Shown here one piece after another: positions 16,684-31,270 of a DNA stretch of 64,000 nt. The DNA is taken from NCBI RefSeq assembly GCF_009914755.1, contig NC_060928.1; one strand, written 5' to 3'. This DNA is from the human T2T-CHM13v2.0 reference genome, Homo sapiens. Each line of letters starts with the position of its first letter. The stretch's first letter is position 1. A model generated the notes under the pieces. That model saw only the letters and a list, made by a program, of their open reading frames with translations. It searched no databases and was not told where the DNA came from. Made by a program: the position numbers and the translations under genes.

Positions 16684-17710
16684 CTTTGTGGTTTTATCTA
16701 CTTTTGGTCTTTGATGATGGTGATGTACAGATGGGTTTTTGGTGTGGATGTCCTTTCTGTTTGTTAGTTTTCCTTCTACCAGATAGGACCCTCAGCTGCA
16801 GTACTGTTGGAGTTTGCTAGAGGTCCACTCCAGACCCTGTTTGCCTGGGTACCAGCAGTGGTGGCTGCAGAACAGCGGATTTTCGTGAACCGCGAATGCT
16901 GCTGTCGGATTGTTCCTCTGGAAGTTTTGTCTCAGAGGAGTACCCAGCCGTGTGAGGTGTCAGTCTGCCCCTACTGGGGGTGCCTCCCAGTTAGGCTGCT
17001 CTGGGGTCAGGGCTCAGGGATCCACTTGAGGAGGCAGTCTGCCCGTTCTCAGATCTCCAGCTGCGTGCTGGGAGTACCACTGCTCTCTTCAAAGCTGTCA
17101 GACAGGGATATTTAAGTCTGCAGAGGTTACTGCTGTCTTTTTGTTTGTCTGTGCCCTGCCCCCAGAGGTGGAGCCTACAGAGGCAGGCAGGCCTCCTTGA
17201 GCTGTGGTGGGCTCCACCCAGTTGGAGCTTCCCAGCTGCTTTCTTTACCTAAGCAAGCCTGGGCAATGGCAGGCACCCCTCCCCCAGCCTCACTGCAGCC
17301 TTGCAGTTTGATCTCAGACTGCTGTGCTAGCAATCAGCAAGACTCCGTGGGCATACGACCCTCCATGCCATGTGCGGGATATAATCTCCTGGTGCGCCAT
17401 TTTTTAAGCCCGTTGGAAAAGTGCAGTATTGGGGTGGGAGTGACCTGATTTTCCAGGTGCCGTGTGTCACCCCTTTCTTTGGAAAGGGAACTCCCTGACC
17501 CCTTGCGCTTCCCGAGTGAGGCAATGCCTCGCCCTGCTTCGGCTCACAGATGGTGCGCTGCACCCACTGTCCTGCGCCCACTGTCTGGCACTCCCTAGTG
17601 AGATGAACCTGGTACCTCAGATGGAAATGCAGAAATCACCTGTCTTCTGCGTCACTCATGCTGGGAGCTGTAGACTGGAGCTGTTCCTATTTGGCCATCT
17701 TGGCTCCCTC
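16684..17710 (-). promoter_or_regulatory. L1 5' UTR: internal sense promoter and antisense promoter
   Basis: Intact YY1 site CAAGATGGCC (17693-17702, minus); partly CpG-decayed; retains the 129-bp segment at ~16812-16940. Activity not shown. Confidence 0.75.
17266..17448 (+). pseudogene. L1 ORF0 (antisense ORF), truncated to 60 aa
   Basis: MAGTPPPASLQPCSLISDCCASNQQDSVG...GVGVT* matches ORF0 (MAGAPPPASLPPCSLISDCCASNQRDSVG..., 71 aa); codon 61 is TGA, probably from CGA. Confidence 0.8.
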
Positions 17711-20700
17711 CAACTCAGAAATTTATCAGATAACTTTAAAAAAAGAAATTAAAATAATTGTAAAAAATCAAACAGAAATCCTAGAACTAAAAAAAAATTT
17801 GCTGAACTGAAAATTTTATCAGAGGTTCTCAAGAGCAGAATGAATCAAGCAGAGGAAAGAATCAATGAGCTTAAAGACAGGCTGTCTGAAAATATACATC
17901 GAAGGAAAAAAATTAAAAAGAACAAAAAGGAATAAAGAATATCTACAAGATATAGAAAATTACCTCAAAAGACCAAATCTAAGAATCACTGGTGTTCAAG
18001 AGGGAACTGAGCAAGAGCAAGGGATAGAAACTTATTCAAAGAAATGATAACAAAAAACTTTCCAAAACATGAGAAAGACATACATATTCAGGTATGGTTA
18101 GGTCAGAGATCATTAAATAGATGAAACCCAAATAAAACTATCACAAGGCATATAATAACCAAACTTTCAAGGTCAAGGGCAAAGACAAAAGCCACAAGAA
18201 AAAAGAAACAAATAATACATAAAGGAACTTCAATTTGTCTGACAACAGACTTCTCAACAGAAACCATACAGGCCATGATGACATATCCAAAATGCTGGAG
18301 TAGGGGATTGGTGGGCAGGTACTAAAATGTCCACCAAAAATTCTATACCCAACAAAAACTACCTGATACCAGACCCACCCCGCCCCCCCCAAAAAAAGAA
18401 AAAGCTCAGGGAATTCATCGCCACCAGACCCATCTTACAAGAAATACTAAAGAGAACTGCTCAATCTGAATGAAAAAACAACACTAATTTGCAAAAAGAA
18501 AACATCTAAAAGTATAAAACCCACTGGTAAAAATAAGTAAACAGACAAACTCAGAATACTCTATCACTGGAATTGTGGTATACAATCCACTCATAACTCT
18601 ACCATGAAGACTGAAAGACAAAGCTATCAAAAATAAAAATAGCCATAGCAGCCTGTTAAGGATAGGCAATGTAAACATATATTAATTGAGACAACAAAAA
18701 AGCTTAAAAAATGTGGAAGGGATGGAGTTAAACTGTAGAGTCTTTTTAGTTTTTCCTGTTTGTTTGCTTGTTTCTATTCTTTATGATCAAAGATAAGTTG
18801 TCATCTCTTTAAAATAACTTGTTGTAAGATGTTTTTTTCTACATTTCAACCACAAAGCAAAAACCTGTAATAAATATACTAAAAAAAAGAAACACATTAA
18901 AACATACTACCAGAGAAAATCACTTAACCACAAAAGGAGACAGGAAAAAAGGAAGAGAGGAGTTACAAAATAACCAGAAGACAAGTGACGAAATGGCATT
19001 AGTAAGTCCTTCCCTATCAATAGTAACATTGAATGAAATGAACTAGATTCTCCAATTAAAAGAATAGTGTGGCTGAATGGATGAAGAAACAAGACCCAAC
19101 TATATGCTATCTACAAGAAATTCACCTCATCCATAAAGATACACATAGACTGAAAGTGAAGATATTGAAAAAGATATTCCATGCAAACATTAACCAAAAC
19201 AGAGTAGAAGTAGCTATGCTTATATAAGATAGACTACAAGTCAAAGATTGTAAAAGAACCAGAGAGGGTCACTATAGAATGATAATGCAGTCAATCTGGC
19301 AATAGGATAAAACAATTTTAAATATCTATGCACCCAACACAGGAGCACCCATGTATATAAAGCAAACACTAATGTATCTAATGGGAGAGATAGATTGCAG
19401 TATAAAAATCGTAGGGGACTTCAACACCCCACTCTCAGTAATAGACAGATCACCCACTCAGAAAATCAGTAAAGAAGCATCAGAGTTAAACTACACACTA
19501 CACTACAGATATGAGCCTAACTAACATTTACAGAACATTTCATCCAACTGCTGTAGAATATACATTTTTCTCATCAGCACATGGAACATTCTCCAGAATG
19601 GACCATATGTTAGGCCACCAAACAAGTCTCAAAAACTTCAAAAAAAAAAGGTGAAATTACATTAAGTATCTTTTCTGATCACAATGGAATAAAACTGGAA
19701 ATTCATAATAAGAGGCACATTAGAAACTACACAAACATCGGGAAATTAAACAACATATTCCTGAATGGTTAATGGGTCAATAAGGAAATTAAGAAGGGAA
19801 TTTAAAAATATCTTGAAACAAATATAAATAGAAATACCACATAGTAAAATCTACAGGATACAGCAAAAGCACTAATGAGGAAAAAGTTTATAGCAATAAA
19901 TGCCTACATCAGAAAGATTTCAACTTGCCAACCTAATTACGCACCTCAAAGAACTAGAAAAGCAAGAACAAACTAAACCCAAATTTAGTAGAAGGAAAGG
20001 AATAATAAAGATTCGAGCAAACATAAGTGAAATTGAGACTTAAAAAATATAAAAGATCAACAAAACAAAAAGTTGCCTTTTTGAAAAGATAAACAAAATG
20101 GAAAAACCCTTAGCTAGGCTAAGAGAAAAGTAAGAAAGCCCAAATAAATAAAATCAGAAGCAAAAATGGAGACATAACAACTGACACCACAGAAACACAA
20201 AGAATCGTTAGAGACTATTATAAACAACTATAGGCCAAAAAATTGGAAAACCTAGAAGAAATGGATAAATTCCTGGACAAACACAACTTACTAAGATTGA
20301 GTCTTGAAGAAATAAAAAAACCTGAACAAACCAATAATGAGTAATGAGAACAAAACCATAATAAAACCTTTCTCATCAAAGAAAAACACAGGACCTGATA
20401 GCTTCACTGCTGAATTCTATTAAACATTTAAAGAACAAATACCAATTCTACTCAGACTCTGAAAAAAAAAATTGCAGAGGTGAGAATACTTCCAAACTCA
20501 TTCTATGAGTCCAGCATTACCCTGGTACCAAAGCCAAAAAAGGGACACAACAAAAAAAGAAAACTACAGGGCAATATTTCTAAATAACACAGATACAAAA
20601 ATCCTCAACAAAATACTAGCAAACCAAATTCAACAACACATTAAAAAGATCACTCGCTATGATCCAGTAGGATTCATCCCTAGGATATAAGGATGGTTCA

Positions 20701-22618
20701 ACATACATAGATCAATAAAAATGATACAAAACATTAACAGAACCAAGAATAGAAACCATATGATCATTTCAATAAATGCTGAAAAGGCATTTAATAAAAT
20801 TTTATATCCCTTTATAGTAAAAATGCTCATACATTGGGTAAAGAAAAAAACATACCTCAAAACAACAAAAGCCATGTATGATGGACCTAGTGCTAACAAA
20901 ATACTGAATGAGGAAAACTTGAAAGCCTTTTCTCTAAGATCTGGAACAAGAAAATGATGCCCTCTTTCACTTTTATTCACTGTTATGTTGAATAAAAGTG
21001 AAAGAGGGCATCATTTTCTAAAACTGGAAGTTTATGCCAGAATAATCAGACAAGAGAAAGAAATAAAAGTGATCCTAATTAGAAGGAAGAAGGCAAATCA
21101 CTCTTGTTAGCAGATGATATGACCTTATATTTAGAAAACCATAAAGACTCCAGCAAAATATTCTTACAACTGACAAATGAATTCAGTAAAGTTTCAGGAT
21201 ATAAAATCAACATACAAAAACCAGCAACATTTATATATGCCAACAATGAGCAATTTGAAAAACGAATCAAGAAAGCAATTCCATTTAAAATAGGTACAAG
21301 GCATATAAAATATCTAGGAATAAACTTAACCAAATAAGTAAAATATCTTTATAAGAAAAACAATAAAGCTGTGATGAAAGAAACTGGAGAAGACACAAAA
21401 AATGGGAAAGCCATTCCATGTTCATGAATAGGAAGAATATTGTTAAAATGTAATACCCAAACTGATCTATAGATTCAATGCACTACCTATCAAAATAACA
21501 ATGACATTCTTCACAGAAATAGAAAAGACAATCCGAAAATTTATATAGAATTACAAAAACCCCAAATAGCTAAAGCAATCCTGACCAAAAATAACAAAGC
21601 TGGACACATCACACTACCTGACTTCAAAATATACTACAGAGTTATAGTAACTAAAACAGCACGATACTAGCATAAAAATAGATATATAGACCAATGGAAC
21701 AGAATAGAGAACCCAGAAATAAATCCATGCATTTATAGTGAACTGATTTTCAACAAAGACACCAAGAACATACATTGGGAAAAGCACAGTCTTTTCAAAA
21801 ACTGATGCTGGGAAAACTGGATAACCATATGCAGAAGAATTAAACTAGACTCTATGTATCACCATTTACAAAAATCAAATAAACATGGATTAAAGACTTA
21901 ATTAAAAGACCTCAAACTATGAAATTATTACAAGGAAACATTGGGAAAACACTCCAGGGCATTGGTCTGGGCAAAGATTTTTTTAGTAACACCTGAAAAG
22001 CATAAGGAACCAAAGGAAAAATGGACAAATGGCATTACATCAAACTAAAAAGCTCCTGCACAGCAAAGGAAACAATCAACAAAATGAACAGATAAGCCAC
22101 AGAATGGGAGACAATATTTGCAAATTATCCATCTAACAAGTGATTAATAACCAGAATATACAAGAAGTTCAAACAACCCAACAACAAAACAAAGAGAGAG
22201 AGAGAAAGAAATCAATTTATAAATGGGGGAAAGATCTGAATAGACATTTCTCAAAAGAAGACATAAAAATGACGAAAAAGTAACAAAAAATGCTCAATAT
22301 CACTAATCATCAAGGAAATACAAATCAAAACCTAAATGAGGCCGGGTACAGTGCCTTATGCCTATAATCCCAGCACTTTGGGAAGCCAAAGCAGGAGGAC
22401 TGCTTGAGCCCAGGAGTTCGAGACCAGCCTAGGCAATACAGTGGAACTCCATCTTTACAAAAAAATTTAAAAATTAGCTGGGTGTGGTAGCTCATGCCTG
22501 TAGTTTTAGCCACTCCAGAGGCTCAGGCAAGAGTATCACTTGATCCCAGGAGGACAAGGTTGCAGTGAGTTGTGTTCGTGCCACTGCACTCCAGCCTGGG
22601 TGACAGGATGAGACTCTG

Positions 22619-22665
<47 letters not shown>

Positions 22666-23585
22666 ATCATCTCACCCCAGTTAAAATAGCTTTTATCGAA
22701 AAGGCAGGGAATAACGGATGCTGGTATGGATGGAGAGAAAGGACACTCATACATTGTTGGTGGCAATGTAAATTAGTACAGCCATTATGGAGAACATTAT
22801 GGAGATTCCTTCAAAACTAAAAATACAATTACCCTATGATTTAGCAATCCCTCTAGTGAGTATTTATCCCTTAAAACAGGAAATTAATATATTGAAGTGA
22901 TATCTGCACTCCAGTGTTTAGCACTACTCACAATAGCCAAAATATGGACTCAACCTAAGTGTCCATCAATAGATGAATGAAAAAATGTAAAATGTGGTAT
23001 ATACATACACATTTTGTATGTAAGTGCCCATCAATAGATGAATGAAAGTACCCATCAATAGATGAATGAAAAATTTTAAAATGGGGTATATATGAACAAT
23101 GAATATTATTCATCCATAAAAAAAGAATGAAATCCTGTCACTTGCAGCAGCATGCTGCATGCAACTGGAGGTGATTATGTTAAGTGAAACAAGGCACAGA
23201 AAGACAATTTCACGTGTTTTAACTCAGATGCAGGAGTTAAGAAAGTGGACCTCTTGAAGACAGAGACTAGACTCATGGTTACCAGAGGCTAGGAGGGTAG
23301 GGGTGAGGTGGGTATGAAGAGAGGTTGATTAATGGGTACAGAAATACAGTTAGATAGAAGAAATAAGACTATTGTTCAATAAATAAATAGCAGCACTAAA
23401 CAATAATCTATCGTATATTTCAAAATAGCTAGTAGAGAATAATTCAAATGTCCCCAACATAAAGAAAATGGTTTAAGACGATAGATATTCCAATACCCTG
23501 ATTTGATTAATATGCATTACATAAATATGTTAAAACATCACATGTACCCCCAAAATATGTACATCTATTACGTATAAGTAAAATT
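17711..23585 (+). mobile_element. Old L1 (L1MA4/L1MA4A-like): rest of ORF1, ORF2 and 3' UTR
   Basis: Degenerate ORF1 (LKRPNLRITGVQEG), ORF2 start near 18993, fragments 20505-20690 and 21104-21337 (LADDMTLYLEN), and an L1MA4-like 3' end ATCACATGTACCCCCAAAATATGTACATCTATT. Confidence 0.88.
22340..22663 (+). mobile_element. AluJ with a (CA)n tail, inside the L1MA4-like element
   Basis: AluJ diagnostics GCAGGAGGACTGCTTGAGCCCAGGAGTTCGAGACC; tail replaced by ~21 CA units (22621-22663). Confidence 0.92.
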
Positions 23586-24333
23586 AATTGATTGATTAAT
23601 TAATTAAATTTTTAAGTAGGAAGATTCCTAGATGTCATGGTTCAAAGACTCCCAGTTGAGTCAGACCATGACACCAAGAGTATAGACCAAATTGGACAGA
23701 CAGTGGTTCAGAATAGAGCTGCTTAAGATATAATATTGGCCTCTCAAGGGGGATGTGCTGTTTTACAGAAAGAATATTATAGGTACATCCATGCTGACCT
23801 GTCTTGGATCTTTAATAGCACGAAAAAGACTCAGAAGCAAATAAAAAAAATTTGGGTAATGTAGCTAATAACCCCATATGTAGTGCTGTGGGCTCTTCTC
23901 ATTTGGTATGAGATCTCATCTCTTCGTTTAATATGGGCTGTCTCAGCTCCTAGATGAGGATGTCACTACAAACTCTGATCATAATCCTTCTCTTGGTATT
24001 TTTGCCACAGTGTTCAGATGAGTGATCTCCAGAGTCTAAAATGCTGCTGTGCAGTCTCTGTCCCATGATGTGATCTAACAAATTATCATCAAACAGAAAG
24101 AGCAAGAAAACTTGAACTTACAGAGGTAGAAACAACCACACCCAGATACTTATATGCAATTGTGACACCTCAGACACTGGTGAATATCTGGATTGATCCA
24201 TCACACCCCTGGATGTAAATGATCTATCATTCAACTCAGGCTAAAGAATGGCCACATGGGGGGCACTGGGAACCTAAACCATCTACCTCCATACATAGCT
24301 TAGACAACAAGGATCTACCTTGGAACTACCTAC

Positions 24334-24353
24334 TCTCTCTCTCTCTCCCTCCT

Positions 24354-24425
<72 letters not shown>
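24334..24425. repeat. Compound (CT)n(CA)n microsatellite
   Basis: Directly visible. Confidence 0.95.
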
Positions 24426-24429
<4 letters not shown>

Positions 24430-24584
24430 CTAACTGTCTGCATCAACATGACTGTAATCTATTGTCTTCATTAGTATTACTTTGCCACTCCAGGAGACTC
24501 TTGCTAAGGCACGTAACTTGATTGTTCATTACAAGAATTTCCCAAAAGACCATTAAGTCTTCAATAAGAAGTAACAACACAGTG

Positions 24585-25430
<846 letters not shown>

Positions 25431-25577
25431 AGATAATCAAAAAGACATCCAAACTTGGGAGTTAGAAAATGTGTTTGTATCTGGCTTTACCACCCACTAG
25501 CTATGAAATCAAACACTGGATTTTGAACACTGAATGTCCTTGTTTGTATTTTGATGATAGGAATAACTTCCTCCCAG

Positions 25578-25690
25578 GCTTGAGCCCCGGGGTTTGAGGC
25601 TGCAGCAGTGAGCTATGATCACCCCACTGCACTACAATCTGGGTAACAGAGCAAGCCCTGTCTCAAAAAAAAGAAAAGAAAAAGAAAAGA
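25578..25690 (+). mobile_element. Truncated Alu monomer (FLAM/FRAM/AluJ arm) within a MIR
   Basis: GCTTGAGCCCCGGGGTTTGAGGCTGCAG...CCCTGTCTCAAAAAAAAG; degenerate TSD AACTTCCTCCCAGG / AACTTCCCCACAGG. Confidence 0.85.
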
Positions 25691-26829
25691 ACTTCCCCAC
25701 AGGGTCGAAGGTTAGATAAAATGATGTATGTGTATAAAAGTACTTTGTAAGTCTTAACATTGTATACAAATGTTAGTTATTATTAATAGCAAGCAGAATA
25801 TTCATCAAACTAGCTGTCCACTGAAGCTATCACTAGCCGTGCTAAACTCTGTAACTATCACACACCACATGACCAGATGTAGACTCCTGAGTAACCTGGG
25901 GCTCCCTACTCCCTACAAGGAATAGCTTGGTCTGGTCAAATGTCATCATAATATCCCATTTTAACATACAAAATTTTCTTTACACTTTTTTCAAAGATAA
26001 AAATTAAGATCACTATAATCAATAAGCCTTAATATATTTCCAAAATTTATCTTGTAGCAAGTGAATATAAAAATGGAAAGTTGAATCTATTAATCTCTAT
26101 TTAAGGCACTGCACATCAATAATTTTTGAAAAAATATTTTGAAATATTTGAGTAAGAAGCTACAAGTTTATAATATGCTATGCATAATTCAAATAGACTT
26201 GGGGAAACATTACCACATAACTACTCCTTATGAATCAGGTATCTATGGAAATAACTACATTTTAACATAAAAACAGACCATCATTTACTCATTTATCTGC
26301 CTGTTCACAAAGAGAGTCCTTTTTCTTCAGGAATTTTGGCTCCTTGACACATACACTAAAAGGCAATTTTCTTGTGTTTTTTTGGAAACAGTTACTTTCC
26401 TGATACTGCAAAATACCCCCAAATCTACCTGGCTTAAGATAAGAACTGATTTCTTCTCAACTATAATAATAATTGGAAAAGCACTCCCAAAAATAAAAGA
26501 ACACTCCACAGAGGAATGGTGAAGTAACAAAACAAATAGTCAAGAGCCAAAAACAAACCTGTACTCATAGAACCCAGGGAAGGAAAGACAAGATGTTCTT
26601 CCAGTAATACTAGAAATGAAGGTTTGATGAAATTTTAAGTGAGTAATAAAGAATGAATAACCAATGTTTGGGGCTGCTAAGACATTTCATTGAATTTTTG
26701 TGAATCCTAGATGAACTCTGAAAGAAAACTGAAGGCATCTGCCATGAGGCAGTTAAGAGCACCAGCACTGCCTGCATTTATTCCTGTGCCCTGCCAATTA
26801 CTAACTCTTAACACCTAGACAGCTGGCAA

Positions 26830-27270
26830 TTGGTTGTCGCCCTGTTGCTCCTCCACATCCATGTGCCGTCCTACTCTGTGTCCTGGAGGCTAAACCATAG
26901 TGACTGCATCAATGGCTCTTTTGCCCTTTAACTTCCAGTGGGATTCTGCCAATGAAAGGCACCAGCAGGATGCCGGAGGGTAGGAGAGTGAAGCTAGGTA
27001 TTTATTACACCAGCTCCCTGCAGAGTCTCTGAACCTGGCAACATACCTCTCCCCAAGTCCACAGACCCCATCAGGCAGTCCTCTTTATAGAGCTTTGGAT
27101 CCAGGAACTGTTCCCCCTCCCTGTCCCCTTAATTGTAGGGGTAGAACTGACTCCTGATGTTGCTAACTCCTTGTTGTTCCTTAAACCTTGCTAACACCCT
27201 CATAAATAATCTCTTAAGTAAACTCTCCTCCAAATACCCAATTTGAATGTGTTTCTTGATAGGACATTGC
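26830..27270 (+). mobile_element. ERVL solo LTR (LTR33-like), inside a MIR
   Basis: CTCTGTGTCCTGGAGGCT...GACTGCATCAATGGCTC...GCCAATGAAAGGCACCAGCAGGA...GGTATTTATT. Confidence 0.65.
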
Positions 27271-29592
27271 CTAATCAAGTTATCTAACTTCTTTGGGCTT
27301 CGGTGTCTGCATCTGTAAAATCAGCCTAGTCAGAGTACTGCTTTTAGGGTTGTTGTAGGTGCCTAACACACAGGAATTACTCAATTCCTACTAACTCCAA
27401 GTATATTACATCTCCTGTCATTATTCAAACAGTGTGGATTTTTTATCTAGGCAAAAATGCAATTTATTTTGCCTAATAATACTGTTTTGCAAAATGCCCA
27501 TGATTCTTCTCTCTTTAAAAATGAGATGAGATTTTTATTGCTATTGATTCCTGTAGTCTTGCTATCTTAGTAGCCCCTTAATGATCATCTTTTATCTCCT
27601 GTTTTTGTAGTGAATAAACTAGCCTTTTTAGTTCAAATACAAGATATAAACAGAAAGCAACATGAAATAAAACCAGGTTCAACATTAAATAATCTAACTC
27701 TTCAAGAGGATTTGGGGACAAGGAAAGGAGAAAACAGATTAACAATGACTAAACATGTTTCCTGAGGGACACATGTCCACCCATTCGAAAGGTTTTATTG
27801 GCAGCGTAAAAGTTCCATCCATGAAAAATAATGATCATTAGCTTTTCCATGACAATTGTGTTTTGCCTACAATATCCATCATGCTCCTAGAGTCCATAGC
27901 TTTTTCACAATTCCAGTCCCTTGGTGCAAGACATTAGTGAGTATTGATGCTTTTTAATTGTTCCTCACATAAAGTCCATTGCTACTTGTCACAAAGTCCA
28001 CATACACTAAAAATCATTATTGAATTTTTGGGAGGTCTGTATGTACGAAGCAATTCTGAACTTGCCCTGCAATTTTAACCAGGTCATACAAGTGAAAGCC
28101 TTGGCAATTTGGTTTGATTAACAGGGTCAATTTAAATGAGACCCCAGATTAAATAAGATTTTTTAAAGTGGCAGATCTGCACTAAAATGTCTACCAAAAA
28201 AAAAAACCAAGATAACAGAAGGACATATCAAAGAACACATATTTCGCAAGAAAAATCAAATAGCTTTTACTTAAATTATAATTGTCTTTGTAAACTAAAG
28301 ATCTTCAATTTCAGAAGTCAAAATAGGTATTATTTTTGAAGCCTGAAATAGCTTAAGCCCTAAGAACATTACAATGGACTTCTGTTTCAATAATTCCCAA
28401 CATTTAAAATAAGCCTAAAATATAGCAGTCTCAGATTCTAGCTATACAGTACAAGAAAAACAATTTTCTGCACTTTCTATATAGAGTATCTACAGCCTTC
28501 CAGACAGAGTCTGACTTCTAATACATAGAAACGTAGCTTTTAACATTGTCTATACATCTGAATGGGTATGTATAAATAAATATATGTATTAATTTAGTCA
28601 TATATCTACACACACATACATGTATACATAAACATACAATGTATTTCACAAATTCTAAAGTGCAAAATTTTTTCATGTTATTATCTCTGAAAATGAGATG
28701 TATCATATATATGTAATATATTATATATTATATAATTATAATGTATTATAGTGCTGCATTTTTTCAATTTTAGCAGCAGTATACACTATTAGACATATGC
28801 ATTGAAAGATGACACCATCTTACAATCAGTGACATCTTGGATTGTATGTGTGTGTAGTCTGTGTATATGTCTTACTCCTATTGACTTCTTCTGTTATTAT
28901 TTTAGCATTTTCATCTTTTATGTGCTTCCTACGTTAATTTTAAGCTTAGACTCACAGGTGTATAAATCTGGTAAATAAACCCTAGTTACTAAGAGAAAAT
29001 GAGTAAGACAAATGATGAAACATCTTATCAACACTTACCACACAGAAATTAAAGCTTGAATTTGTTAAGCTGATTATAGTGTAACCAAACTTCAGGAACA
29101 AAGTTCCAAGAGAAAACACAGCAGGTGAGGTGCACCATTTCCACAGCAGAAAATAATGACCCATGAAACTAACTGAAGGTTATCAGGCTTAAACTTTATG
29201 GATACATTATCACTTACCAGTGATTAAAATGACTTTTCAATGCATGAATGCATGGAACAAAATTTTACATAACATTAAGACACACCAGCAGTGCCTAGTT
29301 TCAAATCCATGCTATTAAACCCACAAGTACTAAAGCTAATTTCATCTTTTCTATGCTTAGCCATGGGTAGATTTCAGTACGTCCCAATCAGTCTCATTAA
29401 TCTTGTTTTCCATTTGCTGCATTTAGCTCTTACAATCTGTCATTTTCTGATTTAACCTTCTCTTTTCTCCCCTTTATTTAGGTCAAATTTGGACTATACT
29501 AAAGGTGAAGTTACAGTTTTCAGAATTACTTAATCTTATTACTATTTCCTTGAGTTTTTTCTGTTTTGTTTTTTTTAAGGAATCTTTCACTT

Positions 29593-29628
<36 letters not shown>

Positions 29629-29647
29629 AGAACAAAAGAAAACTTTA

Positions 29648-29953
<306 letters not shown>

Positions 29954-30064
29954 TTATCCAAAACCTTCAACAGAAATTTGCAGGGTGCCTACTCTGCTAG
30001 AGACCAAGGATATGAAGGTGAATGAGACAGTCTCATCCTCGCTCCTCACAATGTGGCCCACTGT

Positions 30065-30820
30065 ACAGGAGCATCAGCCTAACCTGGAAACTGGTTAGAA
30101 ATGTAGAATCTCAGGCCCCACTCCAAACCTACTAGATTAGGGCTATCCAGAGAAACAGAACCAATAGGTAATTGATATATATCTTTCTTTAACTATATAT
30201 AGATAGATTTATTATAAGGAACTGGCCTGTAAGATTATGGAGACTGACAAGTCCTATGATCTGCTGGGTGAGTCAGAGAACTAGAGACCCAGGAGAGCCA
30301 ATGGGCTTGTTCTAGCCAGAAGACCAGCAGGCTCAAGTCCTAGGCAGGGCCATGTTTCAGTTAAAGTCCAAAGCCATGAAGAAACGGATGTGCTGTCTTT
30401 AGAAGCCCAAACCTCAGCATCACTCAATATACCCATACCTACACATACACCCTCTGCATCTAAAATTTTTAAAAATGAAGAAGCTGATGTTCCAGCTGAA
30501 AGGCAGTCAGGCAGGAGGAATTCTTGCTTACTCCAGGGGAAAGTCAGCCTTTTTCTTCTATGAAGGCCTTCAACTGATTGGATGAGTCCCACCCACATTT
30601 GGAAGGACAATTTGCTTTATTAAGTCTACTACTGAGCTAAACAATAATCTCATCCAAAAATATCCTCACAGAAACATCTAGAATAATGTCTGACCAAATA
30701 TCTGGGCACCCTGTGGCCCACTCAAGTTGATACATAAAATTAACCATCACACCTACTAAATTGAAATCTGCATTCCAACAAGATCTCTGGGCCATTTATA
30801 GATATACTGAAGTTTAAAAA
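30065..30820. mobile_element. MER5A hAT-Charlie MITE, split by an MLT2 LTR
   Basis: TTAGAAATGTAGAATCTCAGGCCCCACTCCAAACCTAC resumes as CCTACTAAATTGAAATCTGCATTCCAACAAGATC after the LTR. Confidence 0.75.
30133..30751 (-). mobile_element. MLT2 (ERVL) solo LTR
   Basis: ATTAGGGCTATCCAGAGAAACAGAACCAATAGG ... AAGTTGATACATAAAATTAACCATCACA; 5-bp TSD CCTAC at 30128-30132 and 30752-30756. Confidence 0.9.
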
Positions 30821-31069
30821 AACGCAAGATAGTCTACATGCACAAGGAACTCATAGAAATATGAACAAATGACTACAATATAGTGTGGTTCCTGCTACAA
30901 TCAAACTTGTACAAGATAGAGTGGTAGCTGGCATAGGTAGTAGTAAACAACCCTCAAAAACATATCAGAAAAGACTTCACAGAAGATTTCACAAAAGAGA
31001 GGCCCTTGACTAGGTGCTAAAAGTGAACAGGAGTCTCCCATGCACAGCCTCTGCAGCCAGACTGTCTGG

Positions 31070-31270
31070 ACGTGAAGAAATAACTCTGCCACTTTACTAG
31101 CTGTGTGACCTGGGGCAATTTAATCTCACTGTGCCTCAATTTTCCCATCTGTAAAATGAAGGAAATAGTAATGCCTAATATATAGGATTATTGTGATGAT
31201 TACATAAGCTAACATATGTAAAATTAAAACAATGCCTGACATGTAGTAAGCACTATAAACTACTATTATC
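31070..31270 (+). mobile_element. MIR
   Basis: CTAGCTGTGTGACCTGGGGCAA...GTGCCTCAATTTTCCCATCTGTAAAATG core. Confidence 0.85.

Noticed and set aside
23630-24580. Possible ERV internal/LTR sequence
   Set aside because: Looks repeat-derived, but I could not match it to a family with confidence.
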